Shown piece by piece: positions 1 through 9,010 of a stretch of 32,000 bases of DNA. The notes beneath the pieces are model-generated. The model saw only the letters and a list, made by a program, of their open reading frames with translations. It was not told the origin of the DNA and made no database searches. This DNA is from Mycolicibacterium smegmatis (GTDB taxonomy: Bacteria; Actinomycetota; Actinomycetes; Mycobacteriales; Mycobacteriaceae). The translations under genes and the position numbers were made by a program. The stretch spans positions 4,410,001 to 4,442,000 of the forward strand of contig NZ_LN831039.1 of the NCBI RefSeq assembly GCF_001457595.1, read 5' to 3'. The number at the start of each line of letters is the position of its first letter. Within the stretch, counting starts at the first letter, position 1.

Positions 1-1226
1 GCTCGCAGGCCGTCGCCACCACCATGGCGACCGTGCGGACGTTCAAGGAGCTGTTGCGCGACAAGAACATCGGGCCGCGCATCGTGCCGATCATCCCCGA
101 CGAGGCGCGCACGTTCGGTATGGACTCGTGGTTCCCGAGCCTGAAGATCTACAACCGCAACGGGCAGCTGTACACGTCGGTGGACTCCGAACTGATGCTG
201 GCCTACAAGGAATCCGAGGTCGGCCAGATCCTGCACGAGGGCATCAACGAGGCCGGGTCGACGTCGTCGTTCACCGCGGTGGGCACGTCGTACTCGACGC
301 ACGACGAGCCGATGATCCCGATCTACATCTTCTATTCGATGTTCGGTTTCCAGCGCACCGGCGACGGCCTGTGGGCCGCAGCCGATCAGATGGCCCGCGG
401 GTTCGTGCTCGGCGCGACGGCCGGGCGCACCACGCTGACCGGTGAGGGCCTGCAGCACGCCGACGGGCACTCGCTGCTGCTGGCGTCGACCAACCCGGCC
501 GCGGTCACCTACGACCCGGCGTTCGCCTACGAGATCGCGCACATCATCGAGAGCGGTCTGCAGCGCATGTACGGCGAGGATCCGGAGAACGTGTTCTTCT
601 ACCTCACCATCTACAACGAGCCGTATCAGCAGCCTGCCGAGCCCGAGAACCTCGACGTCGAGGCGCTGCTGAAGGGCTTGTACCTGTACCGGCCTGCCCC
701 GGAGAAGCGCGCCAAGAGCGCGCAGATCCTGGCCTCCGGTGTGGCGATGCCCGAGGCGCTGCGCGCGGCCGACCTGCTCGCGTCGGACTGGGATGTCGCC
801 GCCGACGTGTGGTCGGTGACCAGCTGGGGCGAGCTCAACCGCGAGGGCGTGGCGATCGAGAAGCACCGTCTGCGTCATCCCGACGAGCCCGCCGGCACGC
901 CCCACGTGACCAGCGCGCTGGCCGACGCGGCCGGTCCGGTGATCGCGGTGTCCGACTGGATGCGGGCGGTGCCCGAGCAGATCCGCCCGTGGGTGCCCGG
1001 CACCTACGTCACGCTCGGTACCGACGGCTTCGGCTTCTCCGACACCCGGCCCGCCGCGCGCCGGTACTTCAACACCGACGCCGAGTCGGTCGTGGTGGCG
1101 GTCCTGCAGGGCCTGGCGCGCGACGGCGAGATCGACGCGTCGGTCGCGGCCCAGGCGGCCGAGCAGTACCGCATCGACGATGTGTCCGCCGCGGGCGTGT
1201 CCTACGCCGACACCGGCAGCGCCTGA
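1..1226 (+). CDS. aceE: Pyruvate dehydrogenase E1 component (homodimeric type), C-terminal part; 5' end lies outside the window
   Basis: Frame is open from the window edge through ATG 24 to the stop at 1226. Protein ([26 protein letters not shown]...[23 protein letters not shown]) is typical of AceE C-terminus. Confidence 0.95.
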   Translation, partial: SQAVATTMATVRTFKELLRDKNIGPRIVPIIPDEARTFGMDSWFPSLKIYNRNGQLYTSVDSELMLAYKESEVGQILHEGINEAGSTSSFTAVGTSYSTHDEPMIPIYIFYSMFGFQRTGDGLWAAADQMARGFVLGATAGRTTLTGEGLQHADGHSLLLASTNPAAVTYDPAFAYEIAHIIESGLQRMYGEDPENVFFYLTIYNEPYQQPAEPENLDVEALLKGLYLYRPAPEKRAKSAQILASGVAMPEALRAADLLASDWDVAADVWSVTSWGELNREGVAIEKHRLRHPDEPAGTPHVTSALADAAGPVIAVSDWMRAVPEQIRPWVPGTYVTLGTDGFGFSDTRPAARRYFNTDAESVVVAVLQGLARDGEIDASVAAQAAEQYRIDDVSAAGVSYADTGSA

Positions 1227-1241
1227 TCCGGCCACAGTGAG

Positions 1242-1267
1242 CAGCCACCGGCACACGCCGGTGGCTG
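1242..1267 (+). terminator. Intrinsic terminator-like hairpin after aceE
   Basis: 11-bp perfect stem CAGCCACCGGC-ACAC-GCCGGTGGCTG followed by TTTGCTTG. Confidence 0.75.
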
Positions 1268-1309
1268 TTTGCTTGCGGGCACTTGGAGGAATCCGCCAGA
1301 AAACAGGCG

Positions 1310-1315
1310 TAGGTT
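1310..1315 (+). promoter_or_regulatory. Putative -10 element (TAGGTT) for a leaderless mabR mRNA
   Basis: TANNNT hexamer at exactly -12 to -7 relative to the ATG at 1322. Confidence 0.45.
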
Positions 1316-1321
1316 TTAGGA

Positions 1322-2608
1322 ATGCCCGACAATCGGTTCGTTCCGCCGAAGTCCACGGTCGAGGTGCTTGAGGCCGTGCCCGACTCGCTGCTGCGCCGGT
1401 TGAAGCAGTACTCGGGCCGGCTGGCCACCGAGGCCGTGCACGCCATGGAGCAGCGGTTGCCGTTCTTCGCCGAGCTCGACGCGTCGCAGCGCGCCAGCGT
1501 GCAGCTCGTGGTGCAGACCGCCGTCGTCAACTTCGTCGAGTGGATGCGCAACCCCGAGAGCAACGTGGGCTACACCGCGCAGGCGTTCGAGGTGGTGCCG
1601 CAGGATCTGCGGCGGCGTGTCGCACTGCGGCAGTCGGTGGAGATGGTGCGCACGTCCATGGAGTTCTTCGAGGAGGCCGTGCCGCTGCTGGCACGGTCCG
1701 AGGAACAGCTCACCGCCCTGACCGCGGGCATCCTGCGCTACAGCCGCGATCTGGCGTTCGCCGCGGCCAGCGCGTACGCCGATCAGGCCGAGGCCCGCGG
1801 CGCCTGGGACATCCGCATGGAGGCCAACATCGTCGACGCCGTGGTCCGCGGCGACACCGGCCCCGAACTGCAGTCACAGGCCGCCGCGCTCAACTGGGAC
1901 GCGACCGCGCCCGCGACGGTGATCGTGGGCCTGCCGCGCGCCGACCGGATCGAGATGGCGCGCGACGACGTGCACGCCGTCGTGCGCCGCAACGATCGCG
2001 CCGCGCTGTCCGACGTCCACGGGACGTGGCTGGTGACGATCGTGTCTGGCCCACTGTCGGCGACCGACCGGTTCCTGGCCGACCTGATGTCGGTGTTCGC
2101 CGACGGGCCTGTGGTGATCGGGCCGACGACCCCGACACTGACCGCGGCGCATCGCAGTGCGACAGAAGCGATCTCGGGGATGAACGCGGTGGCCGGGTGG
2201 CCGAGCGCGCCGCGTCCGGTATCGGCGCGCGAACTGTTGCCCGAGCGTGCGCTGCTGGGTGACGCCGATGCGGTCACGGCCCTGGAGACCGAGGTGATGC
2301 GACCGCTGGCCGACGCCGGGCCTGCCCTCACCGAGACGCTGGACGCGTTCCTGGACTCCGGCGGCGCGATTGAAGCTTGCGCACGCAAATTGTTCGTTCA
2401 TCCAAATACGGTTCGCTACCGTCTGCGGCGTATCGCGGACTTCACCGGGCGCGATCCGGCGGTGCCCCGGGACGCCTATGTGTTGCGGGTGGCGTCGACC
2501 GTGGGACGGCTGAGCAAACACGCATACCGAGCGAGCACGATAAACAGCGCGGTCAGCGTGGTGCCGACCATCAGGCCGGCGACGTCGGCCGGGTCACGGG
2601 GTACGTGA
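1322..2608 (+). CDS. mabR: PucR-type helix-turn-helix transcriptional regulator MabR (regulator of the FAS-II operon)
   Basis: 428-aa ORF with C-terminal PucR-like HTH (IEACARKLFVHPNTVRYRLRRIADFTGRDP). Sits between aceE and fabD as in M. tuberculosis Rv2241-Rv2242-Rv2243. Confidence 0.9.
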   Translation: MPDNRFVPPKSTVEVLEAVPDSLLRRLKQYSGRLATEAVHAMEQRLPFFAELDASQRASVQLVVQTAVVNFVEWMRNPESNVGYTAQAFEVVPQDLRRRVALRQSVEMVRTSMEFFEEAVPLLARSEEQLTALTAGILRYSRDLAFAAASAYADQAEARGAWDIRMEANIVDAVVRGDTGPELQSQAAALNWDATAPATVIVGLPRADRIEMARDDVHAVVRRNDRAALSDVHGTWLVTIVSGPLSATDRFLADLMSVFADGPVVIGPTTPTLTAAHRSATEAISGMNAVAGWPSAPRPVSARELLPERALLGDADAVTALETEVMRPLADAGPALTETLDAFLDSGGAIEACARKLFVHPNTVRYRLRRIADFTGRDPAVPRDAYVLRVASTVGRLSKHAYRASTINSAVSVVPTIRPATSAGSRGT

Positions 2609-2678
2609 CGTCACGCGATGGGGTGAGGTACGGATCACAGATCGCGGCGCGGTATCGACGAGGTCGCATCACATGCAC

Positions 2679-2699
2679 TTTTGTGGAGAACCTACAAAA
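2679..2699. promoter_or_regulatory. Candidate MabR operator upstream of fabD
   Basis: Perfect inverted repeat TTTTGT-GGAGAACCT-ACAAAA, matching the recalled TTTTGT-N9-ACAAAA MabR motif. Confidence 0.85.
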
Positions 2700-2765
2700 A
2701 CATAAGACAAGGTTCATAATCTCTTACACCGCGCAAACCCGTCTTCACAGTGTTCTCTTAATGAC

Positions 2766-3698
2766 GTGCCTCAAGGACCCGTGCTCGCATTGCTCGCCCC
2801 TGGACAGGGCTCGCAGACGCCCGGCATGCTCACCCCCTGGTTGGAGCTGCCCGGTGCTGCTGACCGTCTGGCCGCCTGGTCGCAGATCAGCGGTCTGGAC
2901 CTGACCACGCTGGGCACCACCGCGACGGCCGAGGAGATCACCGACACCGCGGTGACCCAGCCGCTCGTGGTCGCCGCCACCCTGCTGGCGCACGAAGAAC
3001 TCACCAAGCGCGGGCACAGCGCCGCGGAGACGATTGTCGCAGGCCACTCGGTCGGCGAGATCGCCGCGTACGCCATCGCCGGTGTCATCTCCGCCGACGA
3101 CGCCGTCAAGCTCGCCGCGACCCGCGGCGCCGAGATGGCCAAGGCCTGCGCGGTCGAGCCCACCGGTATGGCCGCGGTGCTCGGCGGCGACGAGGCTGAG
3201 GTGCTGGCGCGTCTCGAGGCCCTCGACCTCGTCCCGGCCAACCGCAACGCGGCCGGGCAGATCGTCGCCGCGGGCGCGGTCGCCGCGCTCGACAAGCTCG
3301 CCGAGGATCCGCCGGCCAAGGCCCGCGTGCGTAAGCTGGCGACGGCGGGTGCGTTCCACACCCACTACATGGCATCGGCGCTCGACGGTTACGCCGCGGC
3401 CGCGCAGTCTGTAACGACCAGCGAGCCGACCGCGACACTACTGTCGAACGCGGATGGTCAGCCGGTGGCTTCGGCCGCCGATGCGATGGAGAAGCTCGTC
3501 GCACAACTCACCAAGCCGGTGCGCTGGGATCTGTGCACCGCCACGCTGCGTGATCGCTTCCAGAATGCGGAGTCCGCCGGGATCGTCGAGTTCCCGCCGG
3601 CCGGCACGCTGGTGGGCATCGCCAAGCGTGAACTGAAGGGCACGCCGACGCGCGCCATCAAGTCCCCAGAAGACCTGGACGGTCTGGACCAGCTGTAG
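2766..3698 (+). CDS. fabD: Malonyl CoA-acyl carrier protein transacylase FabD
   Basis: LALLAPGQGSQTPGM... and GHSVGEIAAYAIAG nucleophile motif. GTG at 2766; an alternative GTG at 2781 would give a start closer to the typical MxALLAPGQGSQ. Confidence 0.95.
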   Translation: MPQGPVLALLAPGQGSQTPGMLTPWLELPGAADRLAAWSQISGLDLTTLGTTATAEEITDTAVTQPLVVAATLLAHEELTKRGHSAAETIVAGHSVGEIAAYAIAGVISADDAVKLAATRGAEMAKACAVEPTGMAAVLGGDEAEVLARLEALDLVPANRNAAGQIVAAGAVAALDKLAEDPPAKARVRKLATAGAFHTHYMASALDGYAAAAQSVTTSEPTATLLSNADGQPVASAADAMEKLVAQLTKPVRWDLCTATLRDRFQNAESAGIVEFPPAGTLVGIAKRELKGTPTRAIKSPEDLDGLDQL

Positions 3699-3778
3699 GT
3701 CCGGCAAACCGCACGACAAACGTCCGGAATGAACCCCTCCACAGCCGGAGGGGCATCAACAACAACGAAGGAGCCACT

Positions 3779-4078
3779 GTGGCCGCCACCCAGGAAGAAA
3801 TCATCGCCGGTCTCGCCGAGATCATCGAAGAGGTCACCGGTATCGAGCCGTCCGAGGTCACCCCGGAGAAGTCGTTCGTCGACGACCTGGACATCGACTC
3901 GCTGTCGATGGTCGAGATCGCGGTGCAGACCGAGGACAAGTACGGCGTGAAGATCCCGGACGAGGATCTGGCCGGTCTGCGCACCGTGGGCGACGTGGTT
4001 GCCTACATCCAGAAGCTCGAGGAAGAGAACCCCGAGGCCGCTGCTGCCCTGCGTGAGAAGTTCGCGGCAGACCAGTGA
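3779..4078 (+). CDS. acpM: Meromycolate extension acyl carrier protein AcpM
   Basis: Phosphopantetheine attachment motif [14 protein letters not shown]; 99 aa; GTG start. Confidence 0.95.
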   Translation: MAATQEEIIAGLAEIIEEVTGIEPSEVTPEKSFVDDLDIDSLSMVEIAVQTEDKYGVKIPDEDLAGLRTVGDVVAYIQKLEEENPEAAAALREKFAADQ

Positions 4079-5325
4079 CCAGGCCTTCCACTGCCAACGG
4101 CGGTTACCCCAATGTGGTGGTGACCGCCGTCACGGCGACGACGTCGATCGCGCCGGACATCGAGAGCACGTGGAAGGGCCTGCTGGCCGGCGAGAGCGGT
4201 ATCCGCGTCCTCGAAGACGAGTTCGTCACCAAGTGGGACCTGCCGGTGCGTATCGGCGGGCACCTGGTCGACAACATCGACGATCACATGACCCGTCTGG
4301 ACATGCGCCGCATGTCCTACGTCCAGCGCATGTCGAAGTTCCTCAGCAAGCAGCTGTGGGAGAACGCAGGCGCGCCTGAGGTCGATCCGGACCGCTTCGC
4401 GGTCGTGATCGGCACCGGGCTCGGCGGCGGCGAGAAGATCGTCGAGACGTACGACGCGATGAACGAGGGTGGCCCCCGCAAGGTGTCGCCGCTCGCGGTG
4501 CAGATGATCATGCCCAACGGCGCGGCAGCCGTCGTCGGGCTCGAACTCGGCGCCCGCGCCGGTGTCATCACGCCGGTGTCGGCCTGCTCGTCCGGTTCGG
4601 AGGCCATCGCGCACGCGTGGCGTCAGATCGTCATGGGCGACGCCGATTTCGCGGTCTGCGGTGGTGTCGAAGGCGGTATCGAGGCGTTGCCCATCGCGGC
4701 GTTCTCGATGATGCGCGCGATGAGCACCCGCAACGATGATCCGCAGGGCGCGTCGCGTCCGTTCGACAAGGACCGCGACGGCTTCGTGTTCGGCGAGGCA
4801 GGCGCGATGATGATCATCGAGACCGAGGAGCACGCCAAGGCGCGCGGCGCCAAGCCGCTGGCGCGTCTGATGGGTGCGGGCATCACGTCCGACGCGTTCC
4901 ACATGGTGGCCCCGGCCGCCGACGGTCTGCGTGCCGGTCAGGCGATGAAGCGTGCGATGGAGACCGCGGGCCTCGATCCCAAGGACATCGACCACGTCAA
5001 CGCCCACGCCACCGCCACCCCGATCGGGGACACCGCCGAGGCCAACGCCCTCCGGGTTGCCGGTGTGGAACACGCCGCGGTGTACGCCCCCAAGTCCGCG
5101 CTCGGCCACTCCATCGGTGCGGTCGGTGCGCTGGAATCGATCCTCACGGTCCTGGCTCTCCGCGACGGCGTCATCCCCCCGACGCTGAACTACGAGACCC
5201 CGGATCCCGAGATCGATCTCGATATCGTTGCAGGTGAGCCTCGGTACGGCGAATACAAGTACGCCATCAACAACTCGTTCGGGTTCGGCGGCCACAATGT
5301 GGCTCTGGCATTCGGGCGTTACTGA
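4075..5325 (+). CDS. kasA: Beta-ketoacyl-ACP synthase KasA
   Basis: 416 aa with SACSSGSEA active-site Cys region and [10 protein letters not shown]; start GTG overlaps the acpM stop (GTGA). Confidence 0.97.
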   Translation: MTRPSTANGGYPNVVVTAVTATTSIAPDIESTWKGLLAGESGIRVLEDEFVTKWDLPVRIGGHLVDNIDDHMTRLDMRRMSYVQRMSKFLSKQLWENAGAPEVDPDRFAVVIGTGLGGGEKIVETYDAMNEGGPRKVSPLAVQMIMPNGAAAVVGLELGARAGVITPVSACSSGSEAIAHAWRQIVMGDADFAVCGGVEGGIEALPIAAFSMMRAMSTRNDDPQGASRPFDKDRDGFVFGEAGAMMIIETEEHAKARGAKPLARLMGAGITSDAFHMVAPAADGLRAGQAMKRAMETAGLDPKDIDHVNAHATATPIGDTAEANALRVAGVEHAAVYAPKSALGHSIGAVGALESILTVLALRDGVIPPTLNYETPDPEIDLDIVAGEPRYGEYKYAINNSFGFGGHNVALAFGRY

Positions 5326-5354
5326 GTCTCGGTAAAGGAAAGAATCGCGTAAAT

Positions 5355-6608
5355 ATGGCGGCACTGTCCACGGGGAACGGGCTTCCCAACGTGGTCGTCA
5401 CCGGCGTTGCGATGACGACAGCGCTGGCGACGGATGCGGAAAGCACCTGGAAGAAGCTGCTCGACGGCCAGAGCGGTATCCGTACGCTCACGGATCCGTT
5501 CGTCGAGGAGTACAACCTGCCGGTTCGTATCGGCGGACATCTCCTGGAGGAGTTCGATTCCGAACTGACGCGGGTCGAACTGCGCCGGTTGTCATATTTG
5601 CAGAAGATGGCGACGGTGCTCGGCCGCCGGGTCTGGGCCAATGCCGGCTCCCCGGAGGTCGACGCCCGCCGTCTCATGGTGTCGATGGGCACCGGCCTCG
5701 GTTCCACCGAGGAACTCGTGTTCGCCTACGACGGCATGCGGTCCAAGGGCCTGCGCGCGGTGTCCCCGTTGGTGGTGCAGATGTACATGCCCAACGGCGC
5801 CGCGGCCGCGATCGGTCTGGAACGGCAGGCCAAGGCCGGTGTGTGCACGTCGATCTCGGCCTGCGCCTCGGGTTCGGAGGCCATCGCCAACGCGTGGCGC
5901 AACATCGTGCTCGGTGAGGCCGACATCGCCATCTGCGGTGGTGTCGAGACCAAGATCGAAGCCGTGCCGATCGCGGGCTTCGCGCAGATGCGGATCGTGC
6001 TGTCCAACAGCAACGACGATCCGGAGGGCGCCTGCAAGCCGTTCGACAAGGACCGCAACGGTTTCGTGTTCGGCGAGGCCGGTGCGCTCATGGTCATCGA
6101 GACCGAGGAGCACGCCAAGGCGCGCGGCGCCAACATCCTGGGCCGGCTGATGGGTGCGAGCGTCACCTCGGACGGCTACCACATCGTGGCGCCGGATCCC
6201 AATGGTGAGCAGGCCGGTTACGCCATGACCCGCGCGATCGAACTCGCGGGTCTGAAACCCACGGACATCGACCACGTCAACGCGCATGCGACCGGCACCA
6301 ATGTCGGCGACGTGGCCGAGAGCAAGGCAATCAACAATGCGATGGGCGGCCACAAGCCTGCGGTGTACGCACCGAAGGGCGCGCTCGGCCACTCGGTCGG
6401 CGCGGTCGGCGCGGTCGAATCCATCCTGACGGTCCTGGCGTTGCGGGATGGAATCATCCCGCCGACGCGCAACCTGAACAACCTGGATCCGGAAATCGAT
6501 CTGGATGTTGTCGCCGGGGAGCCACGACAGGGCGATTACAAGTACGCGATCAACAATTCGTTCGGATTCGGTGGGCACAATGTCGCGCTCGCCTTCGGAA
6601 AGTACTGA
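5355..6608 (+). CDS. kasB: Beta-ketoacyl-ACP synthase KasB
   Basis: 417-aa paralogue of KasA with SACASGSEA and [12 protein letters not shown] motifs; directly downstream of kasA. Confidence 0.97.
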   Translation: MAALSTGNGLPNVVVTGVAMTTALATDAESTWKKLLDGQSGIRTLTDPFVEEYNLPVRIGGHLLEEFDSELTRVELRRLSYLQKMATVLGRRVWANAGSPEVDARRLMVSMGTGLGSTEELVFAYDGMRSKGLRAVSPLVVQMYMPNGAAAAIGLERQAKAGVCTSISACASGSEAIANAWRNIVLGEADIAICGGVETKIEAVPIAGFAQMRIVLSNSNDDPEGACKPFDKDRNGFVFGEAGALMVIETEEHAKARGANILGRLMGASVTSDGYHIVAPDPNGEQAGYAMTRAIELAGLKPTDIDHVNAHATGTNVGDVAESKAINNAMGGHKPAVYAPKGALGHSVGAVGAVESILTVLALRDGIIPPTRNLNNLDPEIDLDVVAGEPRQGDYKYAINNSFGFGGHNVALAFGKY

Positions 6609-6676
6609 TACTCAACCGAGTTGAATGTTTCTTCGAGGCCGTCAGCCGCAAGTCCGACGGGCTACAGGAGGTTTGT

Positions 6677-8101
6677 ATGACGATCATGGCCCCCGAGGCG
6701 GCTGCCGAATCACTCGATCCGCGCGACCCGCTGCTGCGCCTGAGCACGTTCTTCGACGACGGCTCGGTCGAACTTCTCCACGAGCGTGACCGCTCCGGTG
6801 TGCTGGCCGCGGCCGGCACCGTCAACGGCGTGCGCACCGTCGCCTTCTGCACCGACGGCACCGTCATGGGTGGCGCCATGGGTGTCGAGGGCTGCGCGCA
6901 CATCGTCGACGCGTACGACACCGCGATCGAGGAGCAGAGCCCCATCGTGGGCATCTGGCACTCCGGTGGTGCACGACTGGCCGAAGGCGTCAAGGCGCTG
7001 CACGCGGTCGGTCTGATGTTCGAGGCCATGATCCGGGCGTCGGGCTACGTCCCGCAGATCTCGGTGGTCGTCGGCTTCGCCGCGGGCGGCGCGGCCTATG
7101 GCCCGGCGCTCACCGACGTCATCGTCATGGCGCCCGACAGCAAGATTTTCGTCACCGGCCCCGACGTGGTGCGCAGCGTGACCGGCGAGGACGTCGACAT
7201 GGTGTCGCTCGGCGGCCCGGAGGCTCACCACAAGAAGTCCGGTGTGTGCCACATCGTCGCCGACGACGAGCTCGACGCGTACGAGCGCGGCCGCCGCCTG
7301 GTCGGATTGTTCTGCCAGCAGGGCCATTTCGACCGCAGCAAGGCCGAGGCCGGCGACTCCGACCTGCACGCGCTGCTGCCGGACTCCGCGCGTCGCGCCT
7401 ACGATGTGCACCCTCTGGTGCACGCTCTGCTGGACGAAGGCGTGCCCTTCGAGGAGTTCCAGGCCAAGTGGGCCCCGTCGATCGTGGTCGGCCTGGGCCG
7501 GCTCGCGGGGCGCACCATCGGTGTCATCGCCAACAACCCGCTGCGTCTCGGCGGCTGCCTGAACTCCGAGAGCGCCGAGAAGTCAGCGCGTTTCGTGCGC
7601 CTGTGCGACGCGTTCGGCATCCCGCTGGTGGTCATCGTCGACGTGCCCGGCTACCTGCCCGGTGTGGATCAGGAATGGGGCGGCGTCGTGCGCCGCGGCG
7701 CGAAGCTGCTGCACGCGTTCGGCGAGTCGACCGTCCCCCGCGTCACCCTGGTGACCCGGAAGATCTACGGCGGCGCCTACATCGCGATGAACTCGCGCTC
7801 GCTCAACGCCACCAAGGTGTTCGCGTGGCCGGACGCCGAGGTCGCCGTCATGGGCGCCAAGGCCGCCGTCGGCATCCTGCACAAGAAGAAGCTGGCCGCG
7901 GTCGAGGATCCCGCCGAGCGCGAGGCCCTGCACGAGCAGTTGGCGGTCGAGCACGAGAAGATCGCCGGCGGTGTGGATTCCGCGATCGAGATCGGTGTGG
8001 TCGACGAGAAGATCGACCCGTCACACACCCGCAGCAAGCTCACCGAGGCTCTTGCCGAGGCCCCGCACCGCCGTGGTCGCCACAAGAACATCCCGCTGTA
8101 A
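6677..8101 (+). CDS. accD6: Acetyl/propionyl-CoA carboxylase carboxyltransferase (beta) subunit AccD6
   Basis: 474-aa carboxyltransferase (GGARLAEGVKAL, GPALTDVIVMAP, VDVPGYLPGVDQEWGGVVRRGAKLL); terminal gene of the FAS-II operon; RBS-like AGGAGG upstream. Confidence 0.97.
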   Translation: MTIMAPEAAAESLDPRDPLLRLSTFFDDGSVELLHERDRSGVLAAAGTVNGVRTVAFCTDGTVMGGAMGVEGCAHIVDAYDTAIEEQSPIVGIWHSGGARLAEGVKALHAVGLMFEAMIRASGYVPQISVVVGFAAGGAAYGPALTDVIVMAPDSKIFVTGPDVVRSVTGEDVDMVSLGGPEAHHKKSGVCHIVADDELDAYERGRRLVGLFCQQGHFDRSKAEAGDSDLHALLPDSARRAYDVHPLVHALLDEGVPFEEFQAKWAPSIVVGLGRLAGRTIGVIANNPLRLGGCLNSESAEKSARFVRLCDAFGIPLVVIVDVPGYLPGVDQEWGGVVRRGAKLLHAFGESTVPRVTLVTRKIYGGAYIAMNSRSLNATKVFAWPDAEVAVMGAKAAVGILHKKKLAAVEDPAEREALHEQLAVEHEKIAGGVDSAIEIGVVDEKIDPSHTRSKLTEALAEAPHRRGRHKNIPL

Positions 8102-8116
8102 CTTCTCAGCGCGAAC

Positions 8117-8164
8117 AGACGCAAAACTGCTCCTTTTCACGCGAAAAGGAGCAGTTTTGCGTCT
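8117..8164. terminator. Long perfect hairpin between convergent accD6 and SDR genes; probable bidirectional terminator
   Basis: 22-bp perfect stem AGACGCAAAACTGCTCCTTTTC-ACGC-GAAAAGGAGCAGTTTTGCGTCT. Confidence 0.75.
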
Positions 8165-8175
8165 GGTGGGCAGGC

Positions 8176-8925
8176 TTACCGGGTGGTGTAACCGCCGTTG
8201 GTGAACAGCGTCTGGCCGTTGATCCAGTGCCCTTCGTCGGCGAGGAACACCGCCAGCGGGGCGATGTCGCCGATATCGGTCAGGCGGTTGCCCATGGCCT
8301 GGGACTTGTGGAACTCGACGCGCTCGGGGGTCTCCTCGGGGTAGAAGAACGGCGTGTCCATCGGCCCGGGCGCGATGTTGTTGACGTTGATCCCCCGCAC
8401 CCCGAACTCCTTCGACGCCGCGCGCGTGAAGTGCTCGACGGGACTCTTCGACCCCGCATAGGTGGAGTAGCCGTCGGTGTAGGCCGCGAGCAGCGATGTC
8501 ACGATCGTGGTGATCGACCCGTTGTCGTTGAGACGTTTGCCCGCCTGCTGCAGGAAGAAGTAGGCGGCCTTGGAGTTGATGTCGAACATCGAATCGTATT
8601 CGGCCTCGGTGGTTTCGGCGATCGGCTTGCGCAGCACCTTGCCGACGGTGTTGATCGCGATGTCCACACCGCCGAACGCGTCGATCGCCGTGTCGAAGAG
8701 CTTCTCGACATTGGCCGGCACGGTCAGGTCACCCTGCACCTTGACGGCTTTGACCCCCGCGTCCTGCACCGCGGCAACGGTCTTGTCGGCATCGGCCTCG
8801 GTGGACGCGCTGTTGTAGTGCACTGCGACGTTGACACCCCTCGAAGCCAACGTCGTGCTGATCAACCCGCCGAGGTTCTTGGCCCCGGCAGCTACCACTG
8901 CGGACTTACCTTCCAATTTGCTCAT
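8176..8925 (-). CDS. Short-chain dehydrogenase/reductase family oxidoreductase
   Basis: 249 aa from MSKLEGKSAVV; YAGSK catalytic Y-x3-K, C-terminal INGQTLFTNGG; slightly atypical cofactor loop AGAKNLGG. Confidence 0.9.
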   Translation of the reverse strand: MSKLEGKSAVVAAGAKNLGGLISTTLASRGVNVAVHYNSASTEADADKTVAAVQDAGVKAVKVQGDLTVPANVEKLFDTAIDAFGGVDIAINTVGKVLRKPIAETTEAEYDSMFDINSKAAYFFLQQAGKRLNDNGSITTIVTSLLAAYTDGYSTYAGSKSPVEHFTRAASKEFGVRGINVNNIAPGPMDTPFFYPEETPERVEFHKSQAMGNRLTDIGDIAPLAVFLADEGHWINGQTLFTNGGYTTR

Positions 8926-8982
8926 GGTCCGTACGCTAGCTCCGCCGCTCACAGCAGAGAAACACAAAATCTCGACTATTTG

Positions 8983-8997
8983 ACAAGCAACGCTTGT
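8983..8997. promoter_or_regulatory. Inverted repeat in the divergent SDR/LysR intergenic region; candidate LysR-type operator
   Basis: ACAAGC-AAC-GCTTGT. Confidence 0.35.
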
Positions 8998-9010
8998 ATA
9001 GCCTGATCGA

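Noticed and set aside
2377-2904. 175-aa ORF overlapping the mabR 3' end, operator and fabD start
   Set aside because: Out of frame with two solid genes and crosses the regulatory region; no recognisable domain.
4003-5364. 453-aa antisense ORF opposite kasA
   Set aside because: High-GC shadow ORF. The sense frame is unambiguous KasA and the antisense protein is Arg/Gly/His-rich with no recognisable domain.
5592-6578. 328-aa antisense ORF opposite kasB
   Set aside because: Same kind of shadow as that opposite kasA; composition reflects codon bias on the sense strand.
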